Below, in pieces: positions 18,646 through 28,601 of a stretch of 64,000 nucleotides of DNA (its first letter is position 1; each line of letters begins with the position of its first letter). Under the pieces are notes generated by a model, which was not told where the DNA came from, did not search any database, and saw only the letters and a list, made by a program, of their open reading frames with translations. The translations under genes and the position numbers were made by a program. This stretch comes from Leptonemataceae bacterium (GTDB lineage: Bacteria; Spirochaetota; Leptospiria; Leptospirales; Leptonemataceae). The stretch covers positions 3,584,001-3,648,000 of the forward strand of contig OZ245742.1 in assembly GCA_965227295.1 (NCBI GenBank). Reading direction: 5' to 3'.

Positions 18646-19518
18646 TTATTCCGCACGCTTGCGTAACGCTCCCAGCAACTCCTTCTCCATTAAGTTTTCC
18701 GGCGCGTTTTCGCCGGTGAAGAGTTCGAACTGCAGCACGGCCTGGTACAACAGCATCAAGTAACCCGGCACCGTTTTCGCGCCGCGCGCGGCGGCGTGTT
18801 GCAACAGCGGGGTGCGCATGGGATTGTAGACGATATCAAAGACGTAATGAAAGTCCTGCACGAAGCTGTCCGGCAGCGGCAATTCCTGATCGGCGCCTTT
18901 CATACCGAGCGGCGTTGTGTGAATGATCACATCGACGTCGCGCGGTTCGAGATCGCTGAAGTCCGTACCACGTACCAGCGTGGAGCGCTTGCGATGGCGA
19001 GTCTTCACCGCGTCGACGAACGACCTCAGCTTGCGCGGACTGCGGCCGGCAACGGTGAGCATGGCGGGGGATTCATCCAGCAACAACGCGTGGGCAATGG
19101 CCGTCGCCGATCCACCGTAGCCGAGCAGCAAAAAACGTCGCCCGCGCAAATCCGGGAGATGGACCTTCAGGGCACGCACGGCGCCGGGGCCGTCGGTGTT
19201 GTAGGCATGCAGCGTGTTGTTTTTTGGATTGCGGATGAGCGTATTTGCGGCGCCGCAGCATTCGGTGAGCGCGTCCGCACGATCGGCAGAGCGGGCGGCC
19301 CAGGCCTTGTGTGGAATCGTTACGGACAGCCCGTCGATGCCCAGGGTCAGCACGGCTTTTTTCAGCGCGGCGGTGGCTCGCTCCACGTCGAAGGGGACGT
19401 AGGCGGCGTTGATCTTACGCGCGACGAAGGCGGCGTTGTGGATGAGCGGGCTGAGGCTGTGGCCCGTAGGATGACCCAGGATGCCGAAGAGCCGCGTATT
19501 GCCGTCAATCGGTACCAT
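18646..19518 (-). CDS. aroE: Shikimate dehydrogenase
   Basis: HSLSP.IHN, VTIPHK, GAANT, NTDG, DIVYNP and MLLYQA..QF motifs. Confidence 0.95.
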   Translation of the reverse strand: MVPIDGNTRLFGILGHPTGHSLSPLIHNAAFVARKINAAYVPFDVERATAALKKAVLTLGIDGLSVTIPHKAWAARSADRADALTECCGAANTLIRNPKNNTLHAYNTDGPGAVRALKVHLPDLRGRRFLLLGYGGSATAIAHALLLDESPAMLTVAGRSPRKLRSFVDAVKTRHRKRSTLVRGTDFSDLEPRDVDVIIHTTPLGMKGADQELPLPDSFVQDFHYVFDIVYNPMRTPLLQHAAARGAKTVPGYLMLLYQAVLQFELFTGENAPENLMEKELLGALRKRAE

Positions 19519-19643
19519 AGAGCCGTGCGCTAATCCTTTGGTACGAGTACGTTCGGTGTAAATGCATTATTTGTTACGACAGAAAGTGCGTTCGAAAAAG
19601 AAGTGGTTGTCGTAATACTCTGCAAACAATTCGTGGAGCGTCT

Positions 19644-19967
19644 ATGCCGTCGAGTTCGATTTTCGTCGATTTCCTGGTCTATGTGCTCATCGGTTCCGTG
19701 GCCGCCTGGTTTTTCTATCACCATCGCCGCCGCGACCTGCTGGGCGGATTCTGGGGCGGCCTGGTTATCGGCATCGTCGGAGCCATCCTCATCGCCTGGG
19801 CGGCCGGTCTCTTCAACCTCTGGTTCCGCCGCTTTGTGGACTGGCTCATGAGCCCCGAGTTCGGTTCGTTCCGCATTAACGTAAACATGATCGCCGCGCT
19901 GATCGGTGCCTTCCTGTTCGTCTACATTCTGAACCTCATCAATCACAACAAAGAACGCCGGCACTGA
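19644..19967 (+). CDS. GlsB/YeaQ/YmgE-like small membrane protein
   Basis: 3 TM segments; IGIVGA and ALIGA motifs. Confidence 0.7.
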   Translation: MPSSSIFVDFLVYVLIGSVAAWFFYHHRRRDLLGGFWGGLVIGIVGAILIAWAAGLFNLWFRRFVDWLMSPEFGSFRINVNMIAALIGAFLFVYILNLINHNKERRH

Positions 19968-19990
19968 GGGACTCAGCTTCTGGTTTGTCA

Positions 19991-20162
19991 ACACCGAGGA
20001 CCGAGGGGCCGAGGGGAAGATGTGAGGGTTGGCGTAGACTGCGCGCGTGCAGGCGAAGTGAGCTTTCATTCGTCTGATCAAGAAAACTAAAACCACGCAT
20101 TGCCCGAACACGCTCCACCACGACCACTCTCCCAAAAAAACTCGGTACCCGGTCCTCGGTGT
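19991..20162. repeat. Bipartite palindrome E3
   Basis: ACACCGAGGACCGAGGGGCCGAG ... CTCGGTACCCGGTCCTCGGTGT enclosing about 127 nt. Confidence 0.8.
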
Positions 20163-20215
20163 AAAAAATGATCTTCCGTTCGCCCGCACCGAACGTATTT
20201 TTAACACCGGAAGGC

Positions 20216-20242
20216 TCATCTTTTTTTCTCGATGGCCGATGC
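20216..20242 (+). promoter_or_regulatory. Possible sigma-28 promoter of fliD
   Basis: TCAT-N15-GCCGATGC compared with consensus TAAA-N15-GCCGATAA. Confidence 0.4.
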
Positions 20243-20284
20243 GTTTAAACAGATCGCAATCACCGCATTGCAGGAGTTTTCATC

Positions 20285-22462
20285 ATGCCCGCACCGCCCG
20301 TAATGGATCTCGGTTCCGGGGTTAACACCCAGGATACCATCAACAAGCTCATGGAGCTGGAGCGTATTCCGATCCAGCGCCTGCAGCAGGAGAACAGCCT
20401 TAACGAGATTCGCATCAAGGCCCTGGAAGAGGTCCGCAACCGTACGACGCTGCTCGCCGATCGCTCCCGCAAGCTCTACTCTTTCGCCGGGGCTTTCGCG
20501 GACAAACAGATCGTTTCTTCCGACCCGGGCGCCATTACGGGCCAGGCGTCGCCGTCGGCCGAGGCCGGCAAAGAAGAGATCGAGATCGTGCAACTCGCCG
20601 CGCGCCACCAGATCCATTCGAACCCGGTGTCCCTCGACGATCAACTGCCGGCTTCGCGCTTCGTCATCGCCGCCGGAGACAAGCGGCGGGAAATCGACTT
20701 CGAAGGCGGCGACATCCGGCGCCTGCTCGAAACCATCAAACGCGAGTCGGACGGCGTCGTGGAAACCGCGGCCGGCGTAAACACCGACGCCGCGCACATG
20801 CTGATCAGCCTGCGCTCAGCGGTGAACGGCGAGAAGGGTCGCTTTACGTTCGAAGATCCGAACGGCCTCCTGCGCCGCATCGGCCTGGTGGGCGAGGGCG
20901 CGGCGGAGCTCCCCGAAAAAGAACTCAAGATCGATCGCGGTGAACTGAGCCGCGAAGCTGGTGAGAACAATCCAGAGTCGTTGCAGTATCGTCTGTTGAC
21001 CGCCGGTCGTGGTGTGGAACTCGAAGGCAACGGAGCCGTGCGTTTTCAGGATCCGTCCCTGGCCGGAGAGAGCGGTACGCTGCGTATCAAACTCGAGGCC
21101 CTGAGTGCCCCCGAAAAAACGCCGGAGCAGCAGGCGACGTCGGAAGACGAGGCCCGGAAAGACCCGGCCGCCGCAGAGGAAACGGCAAAACGCGAGAGCG
21201 TGGAGGTCGGCCCGGCCATCGTCGTAAGTGTCGGTGATGTGGAGCTACGGGGCGGAAGCATTGAACGCAAGCGTGTACTCACCGACGAGGACGCAAACCG
21301 CGGAAAACCGGAGCAAAGCGAAAAACAACCGGAAGCCGCGAAGGATCCGCAGCCGCAAGACGACGGCCTCGCGCGATTTCTAAAAATGGGCGTCGGTGCC
21401 GTTTACAAAGAAAACGGTCAGGAAGTTCGCAAAGAAGTCGTGCAATCCGTGGAACTGCCGGCGAACAATGCCCGGAGCGAAGGCAAAGAGATCAGCATCG
21501 ATCTGGCTCAGCTCACCGGCGGCAAACCGGTCGAAGCGTTGTACTTCTTTCAACCGGAAGGCGGCCGCGGTCGTTTCGCCGATCTGAAACTGCAACCGAA
21601 GCCGTCGTCAGAAGGTCGCCTTGGAGCGCAGCACGAGACCAGCCCGGCCCAGGACGCCATCGTTAAGGTCAACGGCATCGAAGTGCGCCGCTCGCAGAAT
21701 AAAGCCATCACCGATATGATCCAGGGGCTCAGCCTCGATCTCAACCGCACGACGAAAGGTCCGGTGACGATCAACGTCGAAACGAACACCGAGGACGTCG
21801 TGACGCAGATCAAAGAGTGGGTCGACACCTACAATGAATTGATGTTGTTTCTCCGCGAGAACTCGCGGACGGACGGTGAAAAGTTCGTGCCGCCGGTCGC
21901 CGGGGACGACAACAAGAATCGTCCGTCTCCCGCGGAGCAGCAGGGCATCTTCGCCTCCGACTCCACCGTGCGCCAGTTGATCACGACGTTGCGTTCCCAG
22001 GTGGCCCTGGCGTATCCGTCGGCGACGAAGCCGTCGTATCGTGTGCTCGCGGACATCGGCATCACCACCGGCGGTGTCGGCGCGAAGTGGGAGGACATCC
22101 AGTACGGTTTCCTGCAACTCGACGAGAAGCGATTGAACGAAGCGTTGAACGAAAACCCGCGCGCCGTAAAAGAACTCTTCGCCTCCGATACGAACGAGGA
22201 TCAGATCCCCGACAACGGCGTGGCCGTCAGCCTGGAGAAACAGCTCCAACCGTACAACCGCGGCGCCGGCGGACTCATCTCATCCCGCGTGAACATGTTG
22301 CGCGAGACCATCGACAACAACAAGGACGAGATGGCCCGCAAAGAGGATAAGCTGGCCGACAAACGCCAGAACCTGCGGGAACGGTTCGGTCGCATGGAAC
22401 GTGCCGTGCACCAGAACCGCGCCATGGGCAACTATCTCAAGCGCAACACGCCGTCACAATAG
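20285..22462 (+). CDS. fliD: Flagellar filament cap protein
   Basis: LGSGVNT..INKLMELER N-terminus; AQDA.VKVNG, LADIGI and C-terminal RFGRME motifs. Confidence 0.93.
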   Translation: MPAPPVMDLGSGVNTQDTINKLMELERIPIQRLQQENSLNEIRIKALEEVRNRTTLLADRSRKLYSFAGAFADKQIVSSDPGAITGQASPSAEAGKEEIEIVQLAARHQIHSNPVSLDDQLPASRFVIAAGDKRREIDFEGGDIRRLLETIKRESDGVVETAAGVNTDAAHMLISLRSAVNGEKGRFTFEDPNGLLRRIGLVGEGAAELPEKELKIDRGELSREAGENNPESLQYRLLTAGRGVELEGNGAVRFQDPSLAGESGTLRIKLEALSAPEKTPEQQATSEDEARKDPAAAEETAKRESVEVGPAIVVSVGDVELRGGSIERKRVLTDEDANRGKPEQSEKQPEAAKDPQPQDDGLARFLKMGVGAVYKENGQEVRKEVVQSVELPANNARSEGKEISIDLAQLTGGKPVEALYFFQPEGGRGRFADLKLQPKPSSEGRLGAQHETSPAQDAIVKVNGIEVRRSQNKAITDMIQGLSLDLNRTTKGPVTINVETNTEDVVTQIKEWVDTYNELMLFLRENSRTDGEKFVPPVAGDDNKNRPSPAEQQGIFASDSTVRQLITTLRSQVALAYPSATKPSYRVLADIGITTGGVGAKWEDIQYGFLQLDEKRLNEALNENPRAVKELFASDTNEDQIPDNGVAVSLEKQLQPYNRGAGGLISSRVNMLRETIDNNKDEMARKEDKLADKRQNLRERFGRMERAVHQNRAMGNYLKRNTPSQ

Positions 22463-22572
22463 GGGCGGCGTGGCAGACGCAAGAGCGCGGCAAGATGTAA
22501 AACTCCTTCGGGCGCATCGCCGCGAGTGTAGCGACTCGCCTTGCGCGAAGACAAAAGAACCGCAGTTTTTTC

Positions 22573-22599
22573 TTAAGAATATCCGTCGAATCCCGATAT
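22573..22599 (+). promoter_or_regulatory. Possible sigma-28 promoter
   Basis: TTAA-N15-CCCGATAT about 30 nt upstream of ATG 22630. Confidence 0.45.
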
Positions 22600-22629
22600 C
22601 ATAAACAAGATCAACCCCGGAGCGGGACC

Positions 22630-23625
22630 ATGCAGATTTACGTCAACGAACAAGAACTCGACGCCGAACTGACCGGCGAACAAAACCTCGAACAAATCTA
22701 CAGCGCAGTGAGCGAGTGGATCGCGAACAACAACCGCTACATATTGTCCATGCGCGTGAACTCCGAGGACGTGGCGTTGTCCGCGCTGGAAGAAATCGGC
22801 ATGGACGGAGTCGACCGGGTGGACTTCTACGTCGGCGACGAACTGGACATGGTCCTCACGACCCTGCACGAACTGGACCGCTACGTCGATCAAATCGGCA
22901 CGACGCTCTACGAACTCGAAACCGTCTCCGAAGCGGACGCCATGAATCTCCGCGAGGGCATGCAGTGGATCCGGCAGATCTTAACGTCATTTTCTTCGAT
23001 CTTAAACCTGGACCTGAGCTCCATGAGCGTACTCGTCCCCGGTTCCCAGGGCTCCGAGGCCATCGATCGTATTCTGGAACGCCTGGAAAAACGGGTGGAG
23101 CAGTTTTTCGAACACAACCAGCGCGACGCCATCGAAGACTTTCTCGAAGATTTGCGTTCTTTTAAGTTCTTCGTCATGAAGCTCGGTCTGCAACTGCGGA
23201 CCATGAACGCGCGTACTGAAGAGCTCACGGAGATGGTGGAGCGTTTCGAAAAAGAAATCCCGCAACTCATCGAGGGCGTGGTTTCAATCAACGAGGGCTT
23301 CAACGCCGGCAAAGATTTCACCGCGCTGGAAACCCTGGATCGCATTACCGAGCGGCTCAACGAATACGTTTCCGCGCTCTTCGCCCTGGACTACCAGCTC
23401 CGCCGGGCCGGCAAACGTACGCTGAACGATCTGGAAGTGGGCGACACGACCTTCCAGGCCGTCGCCACCGATCTTACGAATCTGTTGAAAGATCTTTCGT
23501 CCGCCCTGGAAGAAAACGACATCGTGGCTACCGGCGACATCCTCGAGTACGAGCTCACCGAGAAGCTGGAAATGCTCCGGCCGTATCTGACGGAAATCCG
23601 TCAATTCGTGCTTGCCAGCGAATAG
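22630..23625 (+). CDS. Conserved hypothetical protein downstream of fliD
   Basis: Strong codon bias; C-terminal GDILEYEL motif seen in flagellar-locus hypotheticals. Confidence 0.75.
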   Translation: MQIYVNEQELDAELTGEQNLEQIYSAVSEWIANNNRYILSMRVNSEDVALSALEEIGMDGVDRVDFYVGDELDMVLTTLHELDRYVDQIGTTLYELETVSEADAMNLREGMQWIRQILTSFSSILNLDLSSMSVLVPGSQGSEAIDRILERLEKRVEQFFEHNQRDAIEDFLEDLRSFKFFVMKLGLQLRTMNARTEELTEMVERFEKEIPQLIEGVVSINEGFNAGKDFTALETLDRITERLNEYVSALFALDYQLRRAGKRTLNDLEVGDTTFQAVATDLTNLLKDLSSALEENDIVATGDILEYELTEKLEMLRPYLTEIRQFVLASE

Positions 23626-23647
23626 ATAGCGGGGCCACGCTCCCCGC

Positions 23648-25069
23648 GTGCCCCTGCTGCCGCGTCTGCTTAAGACCTTCTACCGCACCGGACTGCCGTA
23701 CCTGCCCGTGGTCTCTGTCCCCGGGGCGGAGGACGCGGACGGCGCATCCGCCGCAGGCACGGCCCGGCTGATCCTCTCCGGCTTTCTGTCCCGCTCCCGC
23801 GTGGATCGCCTCATGGCCGATCTGGACCGCGCACGGCTGGAGTACGATCACATCCCCGACGATCTGCTCGTGCGGGACTACGTTCCGGAGGGCGCGCTCA
23901 AGTTCTCCGGTCCCCAGGTTCCCGTCTTCGATGCCGCCGGGCAGCAGTTAGCGAACTGGGACGAGCCGCAGTTGCTGAAAGCCGTGGCGGAGTTCCGCGA
24001 GCGCCTGAAGTCCGCCGGCAACGAACCGCACTTTGAAAAGAACACACGCCCCGGCCTCGATACGGATGCCGTTCCGGAGAATGCACCGATCGTGCAGGAT
24101 CGCTCTGACGCGGCGCGCTGGCTCGGCGAACTGTTGCTTGCGGCCTTGCCCTACGCGCTCTTCGCCACGGACCTTCAGGGCAACACGCTCTTTTACAACG
24201 AAAGGTTCGCCGAACGCATCTTAGCAAAGGGGCCGCTCAAGAACTCCATCCGCCTGGCGGAGAGTTACTTCACCGAACTCACGCGCACGCTGCTCGCGCG
24301 CTCTTTCGAACGCGATCCCATGCGTGAATTGAGAGACCGGCTCTCCGCGTACAGTACGGAACTGGGACTGCGCATCCGCGTGCTGAATCTCGAAGACGAA
24401 GGCCGCATTCACGGCTACCTCTATCTCTTTCACGACACCGGCGAAAGCGAACTCTTTCACGAACTGGAAGATCGAAACGCCCAGGGCCAGGGCCTGGAAG
24501 ACATCCTGGAAGACGTGGAGGGTCAGTTCATTCATCTCATGCTCACGAAGCACGGGCAGAACGTTTCGCATACCGCGAAGGCGCTGAAGATCAAACGCTC
24601 CACGTTGCAGAACAAGATCAAACGCCTGGACATCGACAACAAGTACGGCCGGCGCATCGAAGGTCCGATTCGCCGGCGGCGGCGTACGGCGCGGGAACTC
24701 GAACGATTGCGCAAGGCCGAAGAGGAGCAAAAGGCCGCCGGTTTCAGCGAACTCACGCGACGTGAAACCGAAGCCGCGCCGGAAAAAACGGAGAGCGTCG
24801 CGCCGCCGAAGGATCTGTCCCGGACCGCCGCGGCGAATCTCCAGCGGGCCGTGGCCGGTCGTAAGGCCGGTGCGAAGAAAGCCGTGAAAAAAGCGGCCAA
24901 ACAAGTCGCGAAAAAAACAGCGAAGAAAACGGCTAAGAAGTCCGCAAAGAAACCAGCGGCGAAGGCAGCGCAGAAATCCGCCAGGAAAGCGGCCAAAAAA
25001 GCCGCACAGAAAACCGCGCGCAAAGCGGCAAAGAAATCGAACCGCGCGACGAAAAAGAAACGTTCCTGA
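23648..25069 (+). CDS. PAS-like + Fis-type HTH regulator with histone-like basic tail
   Basis: LFATDLQGNTLFYN (PAS-like); GQNVSHTAKALKIKRSTLQNKIK (Fis HTH); AKK-rich C-terminus. Confidence 0.75.
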   Translation: MPLLPRLLKTFYRTGLPYLPVVSVPGAEDADGASAAGTARLILSGFLSRSRVDRLMADLDRARLEYDHIPDDLLVRDYVPEGALKFSGPQVPVFDAAGQQLANWDEPQLLKAVAEFRERLKSAGNEPHFEKNTRPGLDTDAVPENAPIVQDRSDAARWLGELLLAALPYALFATDLQGNTLFYNERFAERILAKGPLKNSIRLAESYFTELTRTLLARSFERDPMRELRDRLSAYSTELGLRIRVLNLEDEGRIHGYLYLFHDTGESELFHELEDRNAQGQGLEDILEDVEGQFIHLMLTKHGQNVSHTAKALKIKRSTLQNKIKRLDIDNKYGRRIEGPIRRRRRTARELERLRKAEEEQKAAGFSELTRRETEAAPEKTESVAPPKDLSRTAAANLQRAVAGRKAGAKKAVKKAAKQVAKKTAKKTAKKSAKKPAAKAAQKSARKAAKKAAQKTARKAAKKSNRATKKKRS

Positions 25070-25137
25070 AACTTCGTTGCCAGCGAAATCCCGGTTCTTA
25101 AAATCGTGCGCCGAAAAAGAGCGCCGCACAATCACAC

Positions 25138-26388
25138 ATGGCGCGCCGGAGAGGTTTCATGCAACGCAACACGCTATTGATCATCGCCGCGGGGGTGATC
25201 GCCATTCTACTTGTTTTTTTGATTCTCGTCCTCGGCGGCGAGGACGGTTCGCGGAGCGCGGACGAGGACTTCATGGGATCGCAAGACGATCCGACGCAGT
25301 TTACGCCGGACGAGGGCAAGGGGGAGGGCGAGTCCGCGTTCAATATTCCGCCCACCGATCCCGTGGAACGCCTGGAGCGCTATCGCCGTTGGGCCGTGTA
25401 TCCGCCGTTCAGTCGGCCGCTGCATGCCGGCCAGGTCGATCTCATCGATCCCTACAACGCCGAACGCCCGCCGCTGGGCGTCGTTAAAACGCCGGCGCAG
25501 GATTGCCAGCGGACGGCGGACGGCGGCCTGGAATGTGCCCGCCAACCGGAAATGAGCGACGTGATCTGCGATCTGGAATCCGAGGCGAGCATCTCCGTGG
25601 GCCGCGACGACTTTCGAGTATTCTTTAACTGTACGAATCCGAAGGGCGAACAACTCACGCCGCCGCAAATCGAGGCGAAGGTCTATCGCGTGCTCTTCGG
25701 CAAACAGTACGGATCCCTGCCGCCGGTCTTTGTCGGCGATGACGGTGAGAACGGCGACGTCACCGCGAAAGACGGCATCACCACGATCGTCGTGCGACCC
25801 ACCGCGCAGGACTGGGGCCAGATGTACGTCGAGGTCGATGCAAAAGTCGGCGACCTCGAGCACAACCAGCGCGTGGGCTGGTTCTCCACGCCGCATACCG
25901 TCGCCGAATTCGCGGGCAAACCCTCGGAGTCCATTCGCGACGGCAATCTCGTGGTGAGTGTTCCCGTCAACGTGCAGAAGAAAGGATACTACGAGTTCCA
26001 GGCCAACCTGCAGGAGCAGGGCGGCGAACAACGCTGGATCGCCAGCGCGACCTGGGAGGGCGATCTGCCGGCCGGGAACGCCGTGGTGGAGTTCACGTTC
26101 TGGGGCAAGATCATCCGCGACGCGGAAGCCGACGGTCCCTATGTCGTGCGAGAAATTCGCGGCAAACGCCACAACTCACCGGTTTCTCCGTCCATGGTGG
26201 AAAAATCCCGTCGCGAAGGGACGCCGATCCCGGAAGTGCAACACACGGAACCGATCTGGGAATTCGTGAAACCCTACGGCGAGGTCTACGAGACCCAGGC
26301 CTATACCGCATCGCAGTTTTCGGAAGCGGAGTGGGATAGCGAGGAGAAACGCCAGCGACTGCAATTCCTGGAAGCGCAGGTTCAGTAA
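25138..26388 (+). CDS. Membrane-anchored protein with a choice-of-anchor X-like domain
   Basis: N-terminal TM segment; DDGENGDVTAKDG motif; Ig-like beta-rich C-terminus with DGPYV. Confidence 0.65.
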   Translation: MARRRGFMQRNTLLIIAAGVIAILLVFLILVLGGEDGSRSADEDFMGSQDDPTQFTPDEGKGEGESAFNIPPTDPVERLERYRRWAVYPPFSRPLHAGQVDLIDPYNAERPPLGVVKTPAQDCQRTADGGLECARQPEMSDVICDLESEASISVGRDDFRVFFNCTNPKGEQLTPPQIEAKVYRVLFGKQYGSLPPVFVGDDGENGDVTAKDGITTIVVRPTAQDWGQMYVEVDAKVGDLEHNQRVGWFSTPHTVAEFAGKPSESIRDGNLVVSVPVNVQKKGYYEFQANLQEQGGEQRWIASATWEGDLPAGNAVVEFTFWGKIIRDAEADGPYVVREIRGKRHNSPVSPSMVEKSRREGTPIPEVQHTEPIWEFVKPYGEVYETQAYTASQFSEAEWDSEEKRQRLQFLEAQVQ

Positions 26389-26520
26389 TACCGATTTTAA
26401 CCGACGAGGCTCGGTGGTCCATTTTCCGGGCGCACGAGAGTTTTTCCCTTGCACATACTGGAAGGTATGTTCTCGCTGACCATATACAAACAAAAAACAT
26501 TAGATAAGAGGTTGAGTACA

Positions 26521-27420
26521 ATGCGAAAATATCTAACACCGGTCGCGCTTGCGGCGATCCTTACAATTCCGCTGCTCGAAATCGACGCGCGTCGGAGCCC
26601 TCCGCCCCCGCCGCCGGCTACGAACCCGTCGAGCAATGTCTACAATCTGCTCCTGCACGGCCGTTCCAGTGAGGACCACTGTGTTCCGGTTTCCGGCGTG
26701 AACAGCGCCACAAACGACAAGAACGGCTATTGGAGCGATGCCAATCTTTCCGGACTCTCCAATGTTCGCTACATCGGCTTCGTCGGCACGCGGAACGGCG
26801 GCGCCTACAGCTGGGAGAACTGCGGAGCGCAGCGTCAGTTGCACGATGCCCTGCGGACCTTCTGCACCGGCGGCAAAAAATGCAATCTTTACACGCACTC
26901 CACGGGCGGGCTCGTGGCCGCGTACTACTTCTATCGCAGCGGCCGCAGCGGTCTGAACATCCTGGATGTCCGTCTCATGGCGAACGCATCCGGCGGCTCT
27001 GAGCTCGCGGACATCTCGTCGCGCTACCTGCGCTGGCTCGGATTTACGCCGGCTTACGTGCGCAATCTCGACGAAAGCGTAAGCACGAGCGGCGCGCGGA
27101 CCTGGAACCACAACGACACCGCCGGTCTTACGCTGGATCTGACCTCCGGCCAGGGCTCCGACTATCTCAAGCTCACGTCTCCCTTTCTGCCGGGCATTGA
27201 CGACGGCGTACTTGCAAACCACACGCTCTGCGGCGTGAACCGGGTCACGAAAGTGGATCGTTCCTGCCCGAACGGCAGCGGTTCATTCAGTGAGTCCTAT
27301 CGCTGCGGATTCCTGTGGCTGAAGAAATGCCACCGCACGCACCATCGCTGGAGCGGGTACAACACCGTGCTTATGCGGAAGAAAGACACGCACGGCGATG
27401 CGAAAGAGCATTACCGTTAA
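26521..27420 (+). CDS. Secreted Cys-rich alpha/beta hydrolase (copy 1)
   Basis: Signal peptide; LLHG, THSTGG nucleophile elbow, GGSELAD, DDGVL and a terminal His. Confidence 0.8.
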   Translation: MRKYLTPVALAAILTIPLLEIDARRSPPPPPPATNPSSNVYNLLLHGRSSEDHCVPVSGVNSATNDKNGYWSDANLSGLSNVRYIGFVGTRNGGAYSWENCGAQRQLHDALRTFCTGGKKCNLYTHSTGGLVAAYYFYRSGRSGLNILDVRLMANASGGSELADISSRYLRWLGFTPAYVRNLDESVSTSGARTWNHNDTAGLTLDLTSGQGSDYLKLTSPFLPGIDDGVLANHTLCGVNRVTKVDRSCPNGSGSFSESYRCGFLWLKKCHRTHHRWSGYNTVLMRKKDTHGDAKEHYR

Positions 27421-27431
27421 AGAGTTTTTTC

Positions 27432-27542
27432 ACTCCGAGGACCGAGGTACCGAGTAAAAGAATCCCGAGAGCGAACTTAGCCTGGACGCGTTCCAGCTAC
27501 GTTCTCCCTCCCGGAAGACCTCGGTGGCTCGGTCCTCGGAGT
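27432..27542. repeat. Bipartite palindrome E4
   Basis: ACTCCGAGGACCGAGGTACCGAG matches the reverse complement at 27520-27542 at 21/23 nt. Confidence 0.88.
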
Positions 27543-27684
27543 TGATTCTTCTTCCCTCCGCTAACAATCTCATAACCTTCCCGTTTCTGTTTTCTCCTTG
27601 CAATCGCCGACCGTATTGGTTAGAATTGGCAAGATACTCTATAAACATACAGTAGTATCATCAATATCTATAGGAGAGTTCATT

Positions 27685-28575
27685 ATGCGAAGAGTACTAC
27701 CTCTTGCTATCATTGCCGTATTCGCAGCCGGTGTTGCCACCGAGGTAACTGCGAACAAAACCCCGCCGCCGCCTCCGAGCACCAGCAGCAGCCCGGTCTA
27801 CAATCTGCTCATACACGGTCGTTCCAGTGAAGATCACTGCGTACCGGTCAGCGGCGTAAACAGCGCCACGTCCGACAAGAACGGCTACTGGAGCGACGCG
27901 AACCTTTCGGGTCTTTCCAACGTGCGTTACATCGGCTTCATCGGCACGCGCAACGGCGGCGCCTACAGCTGGGAGAACTGCGGCGCGCAGCGTCAGTTTC
28001 ATAACGCCCTGCAAACGTTCTGCACCGGCGGCAACCAGTGCAAAATCTACACGCACTCGACCGGTGGTCTGGTCGCCGCTTATTACTTCTACAACAGCGG
28101 CGCAAGCGGTCTGAACATCCTGGACGTGCGCCTCATGGCCAACGCCTCGGGTGGATCGGAACTGGCCGACATTTCTTCGGACTATCTTTCATGGCTGGGC
28201 TTTACGCCGGCATACGTGAAGAACCTGGATGAGAGCGTCAGCACCAGCGGCGCGCGCACCTGGAACCACAACGACACGGCCGGTCTCACGCTGGACCTTA
28301 CGTCCGGCGAGTCTTCGGATTATCTCGGCGTAACGTCTCCGTTCCTGCCGGGCCACGACGACGGCGTGCTCGCAAACCACACGCTGTGCGGTGTCAACAA
28401 AGTCGCTGACGTGGATCGTTCCTGCCCGAACGGCAGTGGCTCATTCACCGAATCCTACGGCTGCGGTTTTCTCTGGCTGTCCACGTGCTCGAAGACGCAC
28501 CATCGCTGGAGCGGGTACAACACCGTGCTCATGCGGAGCGGCGACACGCACGGAGATGCGAAAGAGCATTACTGA
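27685..28575 (+). CDS. Secreted Cys-rich alpha/beta hydrolase (copy 2, close paralogue)
   Basis: AGGAG RBS; same motifs and mostly identical mature sequence to copy 1. Confidence 0.8.
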   Translation: MRRVLPLAIIAVFAAGVATEVTANKTPPPPPSTSSSPVYNLLIHGRSSEDHCVPVSGVNSATSDKNGYWSDANLSGLSNVRYIGFIGTRNGGAYSWENCGAQRQFHNALQTFCTGGNQCKIYTHSTGGLVAAYYFYNSGASGLNILDVRLMANASGGSELADISSDYLSWLGFTPAYVKNLDESVSTSGARTWNHNDTAGLTLDLTSGESSDYLGVTSPFLPGHDDGVLANHTLCGVNKVADVDRSCPNGSGSFTESYGCGFLWLSTCSKTHHRWSGYNTVLMRSGDTHGDAKEHY

Positions 28576-28601
28576 TCGTTGAGATCCTGAGAAAGTAAAC
28601 G

